Of a stretch of DNA of 64,000 nucleotides, positions 56,826-64,000 are shown piece by piece; the stretch's first letter is position 1, and every line of letters starts with the position of its first letter. The notes beneath the pieces were generated by a model. The model was not told the DNA's origin. It searched no databases and saw only the letters and a list, made by a program, of their open reading frames with translations. The position numbers and the translations under genes are program-made. This stretch comes from Ichthyobacteriaceae bacterium. GTDB lineage: Bacteria; Bacteroidota; Bacteroidia; Flavobacteriales; JADGDT01. The stretch spans positions 3,617-67,616 of the forward strand of contig JADGDT010000004.1 in the NCBI GenBank assembly GCA_016744755.1, given 5' to 3'.

Positions 56826-58829
56826 ATGAATTTTAAAGAAGAAATACTACAAGGGATACCTTCAGAACTTCCTGTGCCACACATATATCCAGAAGGAATA
56901 AATAGAGCTCCAAAGAGAAAAGACATCCTTTCTGTTGAAGAAAAACAGTTAGCCATTCGCAATGCTCTACGATATTTTCCAAAAGAGTGGCACGAGGAAT
57001 TATCTGTTGAGTTTGCTCAGGAATTGAAGGATTTAGGTAGAATTTACATGTACCGTTTCAAGCCAACTTACAAAATATATGCAAGGGCAATTTCAGAATA
57101 TCCATCGCTATCTACACAGGCAGCTGCTATAATGTTGATGATTCACAACAATTTGGATCCTGCAGTAGCACAACATCCCGAAGAGTTAATTACTTATGGT
57201 GGCAATGGTGCTGTGTTCCAAAACTGGGCTCAGTATTTATTAACACTACAGTACTTAGCAACAATGACTGATGAGCAAACTCTACACATGTATTCTGGTC
57301 ATCCTATGGGATTATTCCCATCGTCAAAAGAATCGCCTAGAGTAATTGTTACAAACGGAATGATGGTTCCTAACCATTCTAGTCCTGATGATTGGGAAAA
57401 ATTCAATGCACTTGGAGTTACTCAATACGGACAAATGACAGCGGGATCTTTTATGTACATTGGGCCACAAGGAATTGTTCACGGTACTACAATTACGCTG
57501 ATGAATGCTTTCCGTAAAATTTTACAGAAAGATGAAACTCCAAACGGTAAGATATTTTTAACTGCTGGTTTAGGAGGGATGAGTGGTGCTCAACCAAAAG
57601 CTGGAAATATTGCAAATTGTATTACTGTTGCTGCCGAAGTAAATCCTAAAGCTGCTACAAAACGTTACGAGCAAGGTTGGGTAGATGAACTTATCGACAA
57701 TATGGATGAGTTAATATCGAGAGTTAAATCCGCTCAGGAAAACAATGAAATAGTTTCTATAGCGTACATTGGAAATGTGGTTAATGTTTGGGAAAAATTC
57801 TATGAAGAAGAAATTTATATTCACCTTGGTTCCGACCAAACTTCGCTTCACATTCCCTGGACAGGTGGATACTACCCTGTTGATATTTCTTATGAAGAGT
57901 CAAACAGGCTAATAAGAGAAGAACCAGAATTATTTAAAGAAAAGGTGCAAGAGACATTACGCCGTCATGCCGATGCTATAAATAAACACACTGCAAAAGG
58001 CACTTATTTTTTCGATTACGGAAATGCTTTCTTACTTGAAGCATCGAGAGCTGGAGGTGATGTAATGGCTGAAAATAATATTGATTTCAAATATCCATCT
58101 TATGTACAAGACATACTCGGACCTATGTGTTTCGATTATGGTTTCGGGCCTTTCCGTTGGGTATGTGCCTCTGGCAAACCCGCAGATTTAGATAAGACAG
58201 ACCAAATTGCGATGGAAGTACTACAGGAAATTATGGAAAATTCTCCTGAAGAAATCCAATTGCAAATGCAAGACAATATTACTTGGATAAGAGATGCTAA
58301 GAAGAATAAAATGGTTGTAGGCTCGCAAGCACGAATTCTTTATGCAGATGCCGAAGGTCGTGCAAAAATAGCAGAAGCTTTCAACAATGCTATAGATAAA
58401 GGGGAAATTGGATCTGTAGTTTTGGGTAGAGATCACCACGATGTAAGTGGAACAGATTCTCCTTATCGTGAAACTTCAAATATTTATGACGGGTCTAAAT
58501 TTACTGCCGATATGGCAATACACAATGTTATTGGCGATAGTTTCCGTGGTGCTACATGGGTATCAATACACAACGGAGGAGGTGTTGGCTGGGGCGAAGT
58601 TATGAACGGGGGATTTGGTATGCTACTAGATGGATCAAGAGAAGCAGATGCAAGATTAAAGAAAATGCTTTTCTTTGATGTAAACAATGGAATTGCTCGT
58701 AGAAGTTGGGCTAGAAATGACGAAGCTTTATTCGCCATAAAAAGAGAAATGGATAGAACTCCAAATCTTAAAGTTACTATTGCTAATTTGGTTGATGATG
58801 AACTAATTGGCGGCCTATTTTCAGAGTAA
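56826..58829 (+). CDS. hutU: Urocanate hydratase
   Basis: 667 aa with conserved blocks (ELITYGGNG, GLGGMSGAQ). Confidence 0.95.
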   Translation: MNFKEEILQGIPSELPVPHIYPEGINRAPKRKDILSVEEKQLAIRNALRYFPKEWHEELSVEFAQELKDLGRIYMYRFKPTYKIYARAISEYPSLSTQAAAIMLMIHNNLDPAVAQHPEELITYGGNGAVFQNWAQYLLTLQYLATMTDEQTLHMYSGHPMGLFPSSKESPRVIVTNGMMVPNHSSPDDWEKFNALGVTQYGQMTAGSFMYIGPQGIVHGTTITLMNAFRKILQKDETPNGKIFLTAGLGGMSGAQPKAGNIANCITVAAEVNPKAATKRYEQGWVDELIDNMDELISRVKSAQENNEIVSIAYIGNVVNVWEKFYEEEIYIHLGSDQTSLHIPWTGGYYPVDISYEESNRLIREEPELFKEKVQETLRRHADAINKHTAKGTYFFDYGNAFLLEASRAGGDVMAENNIDFKYPSYVQDILGPMCFDYGFGPFRWVCASGKPADLDKTDQIAMEVLQEIMENSPEEIQLQMQDNITWIRDAKKNKMVVGSQARILYADAEGRAKIAEAFNNAIDKGEIGSVVLGRDHHDVSGTDSPYRETSNIYDGSKFTADMAIHNVIGDSFRGATWVSIHNGGGVGWGEVMNGGFGMLLDGSREADARLKKMLFFDVNNGIARRSWARNDEALFAIKREMDRTPNLKVTIANLVDDELIGGLFSE

Positions 58830-58857
58830 ACATAATTTAAAATTTAGAAAAAAACAT

Positions 58858-58899
58858 GAAGCTAGTTCTCATATTAAAATTGAGAATTAGCTTCTTTTA
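58858..58899 (+). terminator. Rho-independent terminator of hutU
   Basis: GAAGCTAGTTCTCA/TGAGAATTAGCTTC 14-bp stem with one G-T pair, then TTTT. Confidence 0.75.
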
Positions 58900-58989
58900 T
58901 TAAGAGGATAATTATTTAACCATTCAGTTTAACACAATTTTAACTTCATCTACAAACTATATAAAACACTGTTATTGAAGACTAAATAT

Positions 58990-59201
58990 CAGAAGTGTCC
59001 ACTAAAAATTTAACGATCAAAAAAGTGAATACTTTAATTTTTTGAAGTCACTCACTGTCAACTATTTATGCTTGAGTAAAAATAATTTTAAATGAATTTA
59101 TATTATAATCAATTTCAAATCGTCACGTAGTTAAAACGCTCGCGAAGTATTGTAATAATAATACTTATTTGAAACTCAATTTGTTTTAAGTGGACGCTAG
59201 T
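58990..59201. other. Candidate 212-bp IR-bounded segment flanked by a 10-bp direct repeat
   Basis: GACTAAATAT occurs at 58980-58989 and 59202-59211. Inner inverted repeats are GTGTCCACT (58995-59003) and AGTGGACGC (59189-59197). Confidence 0.3.
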
Positions 59202-59312
59202 GACTAAATATATGTTATAATTAAATTAATTTGATGATATTAGCACCTACGTCTAATAATATTTGAAACTTTATTAAATATATTGCGTCATATACCCAAA
59301 CTAAAGATACAG

Positions 59313-61679
59313 ATGACAAAATTTTTACTATCGATAATCCTGTTACTTATAGCTACATTATCATTTTCGCAAAACAACGTTCAAATTTCTGGGCAAGTAA
59401 GAGACAAATATTCTAAAGAAGGATTAAACTATTGCTCAGTTTTAATACTAGACAGTAAAGACAGTATAATTTCTGGTGCAGTAACTGATGACAAAGGTTA
59501 TTTTAATATTCCCGTGAAACCAGATAAATACAAACTTACATTTAGTTTTATTGGTTACAGAAATGACACTTTAAATACCGAATATATCAATTATGATAAA
59601 TTCCTAGGAACATTTGATCTATCTCCAGATTCTAAAATGATGGATGGTGTAGTGGTAAAATCTAATTCTAGAGAAAATACTATAGATAAGGAAGTGCAGA
59701 TTGTAACTCAAGAAATGAGAATTGGAGCAACAGATACTAAAGATCTACTAGCAAAAGTAACTGGCGTAAGTTACGACAGGTATAATAGCTCAATAAAAGT
59801 AGACAATAGTAGCAACATAATTATTCTTGCTGATGGAGTTGAAAAAAATCAAGATTATATTCAGAATTTAAACCCTGAACGAATTAAAAGAATAGAAGTA
59901 ATTAGAGACCCAGGTGGAAGATATGGACTAGAAGGATACTCTGCAATTATAAACGTAATTCTAAACAAAAACTATGTTGGATCTGAGCTCTATATTTTCG
60001 ACCAATTAATGGTAGACCTAACACCTCTTGAAAACAAATACTATTTACCGGTAAATAGATTTAATGCAAGTTACAACTACACCTACAACAAAATAAATAT
60101 TTATGGTTCTGTTGGAGGACGTCAAAACACACTTGGTTTAATAACTGAATCAAAAACCATGTACGATAATGATTCTGTTGTTTACGAAAAGTCACCATCA
60201 TCTAAGCCTAACCTTTTAATTACAAGCAGAAGTATAAACTACACTGTTGGAGCAGATTATTACATTAATCCAAAACATACTGTGAGCTTTGAAACTAGCA
60301 TTAAAAACCTTCCTAAATCAACTGACGATATTCAACAATCATACTTAACATCGGTAGAAAAAGATGGAATTGAGATTGATTCTTATGGCTTCACTTCAAA
60401 CAACTACGAAAAATCTAACAGTTCCAATAGTTCTCTTTTTTACATAGGAAAACTAAGTAATACCGATAGATTGGAATCAAGCTTTACTTTTTCTACTTAC
60501 GATAATAATTACACTAACAGTTTTACCCAAGATCCAGATTTAGCAAGGATAGAAAATGGGAGTAACAACTCTAAAATAACAAAATTAAACATTGAATACT
60601 CTAAGGACTTTAGTTCTAAATTTAGTACCCAAATTGGTTATGGAAATTACTGGAAACATTTAGATAACAACTATACGGTAACTAGTGATAACCCTAGTAA
60701 TGAAACTTATTCTCAAACAAACACAAGACATAAATTCTACGGATACGCATCTTATACCTTCAATAAGAAATTAAGTGCAAAAATTGGAATTGCTGGAGAG
60801 ACAAGTAAATTTGTAGATGATAATCAAGACAATAGCTACTTTATATTTCAGCCCTTACTAGATTTTAAATACAAGTTTAATAAAAATTTAAGTTTAAAAC
60901 TAAAATATAGATCTAGTAGTGATTATCCTTCTGTTAATGAAACTAACCCTTTCGAAAAAGTTATTAATCCACGTACAGTTTCTATCGGTAATCCTAACCT
61001 AACTCCATCGGTAACACATAAAATATCGTTGCGAGCAAGTGTTTTACAAGGATTAGTTTCCATTGAGCCATACTACCATATCTCTAACAACTACATAGGT
61101 CAAACAGGACATCTACGACAAGATGGCATTTTCGAATTTACCTATAATAATGTAGGTTTTTATCAAGAAAAGGGAATTGAAACTAACTTCACCATACCTT
61201 TTAGCAAAAAATGGATATGGCAAAATAGTTTTGTTTTCTACAACAGTAGCATAGAAAATAATGGAGAAACAAATAGTGTTAAAGATTGGAAAGCAGATTC
61301 TAACATAATATTTACAGGAATAAAAAATGATGGAGTTATTATTCTTAACTATCACAGATCTATGAGTAAAGAAATATCATCGCTAGGATACGATAGAAAT
61401 GAAAATGATTATTGGTTATTTCTTTATCAACAACCATTTCTTAAGAAAAAACTAACTGTAATGGTTGGGTATTTTCTTCCTATTGATTTTGGGGCAAACT
61501 TCAATCAAGACTCATACACAAAAACAAATGGATATGAACAAATCAACAATACAGATATTAGTCTTCTAAAAAATATGCTACTGATTAAAGCTACTTACCG
61601 CTTTAGCAAAGGGAAAATAAAGAAAACTGAAAAAGATATTGAGCTTGAAGATGAGGGTGGAAGTGGTGGTCTTTTATAA
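59313..61679 (+). CDS. Outer-membrane beta-barrel receptor-like protein with an N-terminal carboxypeptidase-regulatory-like domain
   Basis: Signal peptide from the internal Met (MTKFLLSIILLLIATLSFSQ), a CarbopepD_reg-like ~80 aa region (GQVRD...GYFNIPV...FSFIGY), a plug-like region and a long beta-rich region. The C-terminus is atypical (..EDEGGSGGLL). Confidence 0.65.
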   Translation: MTKFLLSIILLLIATLSFSQNNVQISGQVRDKYSKEGLNYCSVLILDSKDSIISGAVTDDKGYFNIPVKPDKYKLTFSFIGYRNDTLNTEYINYDKFLGTFDLSPDSKMMDGVVVKSNSRENTIDKEVQIVTQEMRIGATDTKDLLAKVTGVSYDRYNSSIKVDNSSNIIILADGVEKNQDYIQNLNPERIKRIEVIRDPGGRYGLEGYSAIINVILNKNYVGSELYIFDQLMVDLTPLENKYYLPVNRFNASYNYTYNKINIYGSVGGRQNTLGLITESKTMYDNDSVVYEKSPSSKPNLLITSRSINYTVGADYYINPKHTVSFETSIKNLPKSTDDIQQSYLTSVEKDGIEIDSYGFTSNNYEKSNSSNSSLFYIGKLSNTDRLESSFTFSTYDNNYTNSFTQDPDLARIENGSNNSKITKLNIEYSKDFSSKFSTQIGYGNYWKHLDNNYTVTSDNPSNETYSQTNTRHKFYGYASYTFNKKLSAKIGIAGETSKFVDDNQDNSYFIFQPLLDFKYKFNKNLSLKLKYRSSSDYPSVNETNPFEKVINPRTVSIGNPNLTPSVTHKISLRASVLQGLVSIEPYYHISNNYIGQTGHLRQDGIFEFTYNNVGFYQEKGIETNFTIPFSKKWIWQNSFVFYNSSIENNGETNSVKDWKADSNIIFTGIKNDGVIILNYHRSMSKEISSLGYDRNENDYWLFLYQQPFLKKKLTVMVGYFLPIDFGANFNQDSYTKTNGYEQINNTDISLLKNMLLIKATYRFSKGKIKKTEKDIELEDEGGSGGLL

Positions 61680-61740
61680 TCTTAGAATGTAAAAAAAGTT
61701 TTAGCTTTGAATTCTTAATTTCCTAATTATTGAATGCATT

Positions 61741-62853
61741 ATGAGCACTAAACAAAGGTTCCTTTCCGTAGATATTTTCAGGGGCATTACCATTGCTGCT
61801 ATGATTATGGTTAATAATCCTGGTACTTGGGGTGCAATGTATTCTCCATTAGAACACTCGGCTTGGCATGGTGTAACACCTACAGATTTAATATTTCCTT
61901 TCTTTTTGTTTATTGTTGGTATGTCTATCAGTTTTGCCTACTCGGGTAAGAAAAAGTATTCAATTACTACAGAGGTATATTCCAAAATAATATCTAGATC
62001 AATTAAACTAATTGGATTAGGATTAATTTTGGCAGGATTCACTTTACAATTTCCTTTCTTTAAAGATTTATCAACTCTAAGATTGCCTGGTGTTTTACAG
62101 AGAATAGGTATTGTATTTTTCTTTTCTGCAATAATGTTCTTACATCTAAATTGGAAAGCTTTATTGGCTGTTTTTGTTACTATTTTGATTTCGTATTGGG
62201 CTTTGTTAACTCAAATTCCAATTGATGGAGCAACACCTCTACTAACTAAAAGCTCTAACCTTGCTTCTGTAGTAGATTTGAAAATATTAACTGTAGATCA
62301 CATGTGGAAAACTAACTATGACCCTGAGGGCATTTTCAGTACAATTCCTTCAATCGCCACTACTATATCTGGAATGCTTGTAGGTTTGGTAGTTGTTGCT
62401 AAGGAAAAATCACACTTTCAAAAAATAACCTACTTTATTTCTATTGGTGTAATTGCCTTAATTATTGGATACGCATGGAATATGACTTTTCCTGCAAACA
62501 AGACTTTATGGACTAGTAGTTATGTACTTATATCTGGTGGATGGGCAACTATAATTTTTGCAATAATTTATTATTTATCTGATGTAAAAGGACTCTCAAA
62601 TTGGGGGAAGCCAGCTATTATTTTTGGTTCTAATGCAATCACAGTTTTCTTTCTATCAGGAATTATCACTCGTTTATTCGGTATGATTAAACTAGGGAAT
62701 GGTGCTTCCATACATGGCAACTTATATAGTTTACTGGCATCAATAATAACTATTCCCGAATTAAGTTCTATGGTATATTCGTTGTTCGTTATAACTTTTT
62801 ACTTTCTAGTAGCATTGTACATGTATAAAAAAGAAATATTTATAAAAGTGTAA
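61741..62853 (+). CDS. Membrane acyltransferase, heparan-alpha-glucosaminide N-acetyltransferase-like (DUF5009/DUF1624)
   Basis: N-terminal RFLSVDIFRGITIAAMIMVN motif and about 10 TM segments. Confidence 0.7.
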   Translation: MSTKQRFLSVDIFRGITIAAMIMVNNPGTWGAMYSPLEHSAWHGVTPTDLIFPFFLFIVGMSISFAYSGKKKYSITTEVYSKIISRSIKLIGLGLILAGFTLQFPFFKDLSTLRLPGVLQRIGIVFFFSAIMFLHLNWKALLAVFVTILISYWALLTQIPIDGATPLLTKSSNLASVVDLKILTVDHMWKTNYDPEGIFSTIPSIATTISGMLVGLVVVAKEKSHFQKITYFISIGVIALIIGYAWNMTFPANKTLWTSSYVLISGGWATIIFAIIYYLSDVKGLSNWGKPAIIFGSNAITVFFLSGIITRLFGMIKLGNGASIHGNLYSLLASIITIPELSSMVYSLFVITFYFLVALYMYKKEIFIKV

Positions 62854-62925
62854 TGTTACTGTTTTTTGAAGTAAAAAAAATTAAGATAGCATAAGGTTTT
62901 TATGCTTATACTCCCTTAACTTTTT

Positions 62926-63097
62926 GGTTCTACGCTTATTTGTATGGAGCTTCTAATTTAGAATACTCGTCATATTGAGCGTGGTTGGTGAGCATGGTTC
63001 GGCTATGGTTCGGCTCCGCTCACCGACCATGCTCACCAACCATGCTCACCAACCATGCTCAGGGTGACGATTATTCCACAATATTCATGGTAGTACC
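62926..63097 (-). mobile_element. MITE-like element, copy E5 (172 bp)
   Basis: Ends are GGTTCTACGCTTATTTGTATGGA (left) and TTCCACAATATTCATGGTAGTACC (right). Flanks AACTTTTT and AATTTTTT match 7/8. The interior is collinear with E1. Confidence 0.75.
63021..63060. repeat. 13-bp tandem array CACCRACCATGCT (3 units) forming one arm of a long hairpin in E5
   Basis: Read directly. The left arm 62977-62998 pairs with 63026-47 at 21 of 22 positions. Confidence 0.85.
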
Positions 63098-63120
63098 AAT
63101 TTTTTAAACCATATTATTTT

Positions 63121-63885
63121 CTACTTCTTGAATTTTGTACAATGACTTTTCCCCGAAAGAGCATCGATAAGAAAATTATTCCCTTTTCCGTTAACAATGT
63201 ACATCTCTACATCATTATCAAAACACATTTGAGCTGCCTCTAATTTTGTTGTCATTCCTCCTGTTCCAAGATCGCTTTCTCTTTCTTCTACAAAGTGAGA
63301 TACCTTCTTCAAATCATTTACCTCAACAATCAACTTAGCATCCTTATGAAGGTGAGGGTTTTTTGTGTAAATTCCATTTATATCGGAAACAAGAACAAGT
63401 AAATCTGCTCCAAGTAACGAGGCCACGTATGCCGATAATTTATCGTTATCACCAACTTCTATCTCTTTAACAGAAACAGTATCGTTCTCATTAACTATAG
63501 GTATATATCCCATATTCAACAATTCGTTGATTGTGTTTCTTGTATTCTTACGAGAGGTCAATCTTTCGAAATCGTTATAAGTAAGCAAACATTGAGCTGT
63601 TCTTATTTCGAAATCACGGAAAATTTCGTTGTAAATCTGAAGTAATATTGGCTGACCAATAGCTGCCTTTGCTTGCTTAGATTTAACATCCTTTTCCCAA
63701 CGGTGAATATTAATGATTTGATTAGCCGCTGCTACAGCTCCAGACGAAACTAATACTATATCATACTCCTTGCGAAGCTCTAATACTTGACGGGCAATAT
63801 CTTCTATCTTACCCCTAGAGATTCTGTCTGTCTCGGCAGTTAGTGTTGAACTCCCTATTTTTATTACTAATTTTTTCTTTTTCAT
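63121..63885 (-). CDS. proB: Glutamate 5-kinase (short form without PUA domain)
   Basis: 254 aa with the VIKIGSSTLT and amino-acid kinase fold motifs. Confidence 0.9.
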   Translation of the reverse strand: MKKKKLVIKIGSSTLTAETDRISRGKIEDIARQVLELRKEYDIVLVSSGAVAAANQIINIHRWEKDVKSKQAKAAIGQPILLQIYNEIFRDFEIRTAQCLLTYNDFERLTSRKNTRNTINELLNMGYIPIVNENDTVSVKEIEVGDNDKLSAYVASLLGADLLVLVSDINGIYTKNPHLHKDAKLIVEVNDLKKVSHFVEERESDLGTGGMTTKLEAAQMCFDNDVEMYIVNGKGNNFLIDALSGKSHCTKFKK

Positions 63886-63913
63886 AATTTTTGGCTGTTA
63901 GCCTTTGGCAATT

Positions 63914-63954
63914 GGCCATTAGCTTAATAATTTACAATGCCAAGAGCTAATGGC
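63914..63954. repeat. Intercistronic hairpin GCCATTAGCT / AGCTAATGGC
   Basis: Perfect 10-bp inverted repeat (63915-63924 and 63945-63954) in a TTAGC-word spacer upstream of proB. Confidence 0.7.
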
Positions 63955-63966
63955 TAAAATCTAATT

Positions 63967-64000
63967 CTACCTTATTTGTCCTGTTCCCGAAATAAACCAC
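63967..64000 (-). CDS. proA: Possible 3' end of gamma-glutamyl phosphate reductase (partial, runs off the window)
   Basis: The last 10 codons read WFISGTGQIR-stop, which resembles the ProA C-terminus. It is adjacent to proB. Very little sequence is available. Confidence 0.35.
   Translation of the reverse strand, partial: WFISGTGQIR

Overview
Low-GC chromosomal segment that looks like Bacteroidota, class Flavobacteriia. Supporting features are a fused LpxC/FabZ, T9SS C-terminal sorting domains, a PorT-like gene next to ubiE, TAnnTTTG -7 promoter boxes and a mevalonate-pathway HMG-CoA reductase. Most of the window is densely packed housekeeping genes: efp-lpxA-lpxC/fabZ-lpxD, mnmA, miaA, purD, gap, galE, ubiE, rnpA, greA, hutH/hutU, proB and a tandem tRNA-His pair. 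I found no CRISPR array, prophage, integrase, transposase or recognisable defence island. The main signal the gene track does not explain is a five-copy family of short non-coding elements of 145-399 bp. Their ends are imperfect inverted repeats (GGTWCTACC...TTGTGGAA). Flanking 8-bp direct repeats are perfect in two copies and match 7/8 in a third. The interiors share modules, and two copies carry copy-specific 13-bp tandem arrays and long hairpins. I interpret this as a MITE-like mobile family whose transposase is not in the window. Secondary observations: an M1-peptidase homologue with every catalytic or zinc position substituted at exact HEXXH-X18-E spacing; a decayed Rossmann-gene fragment beside one element; identical tandem tRNA-His genes with two U-U acceptor-stem mismatches; a possible second small element or inverton upstream of an outer-membrane receptor gene; TTAGC and CAAAG word-repeat spacers; and several tightly coupled operons of unknown function. 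All protein calls come from motif recognition by eye, with no database search, so family names are inferences. Coordinates follow the supplied ORF track except where an internal start is clearly better, and those cases are noted.
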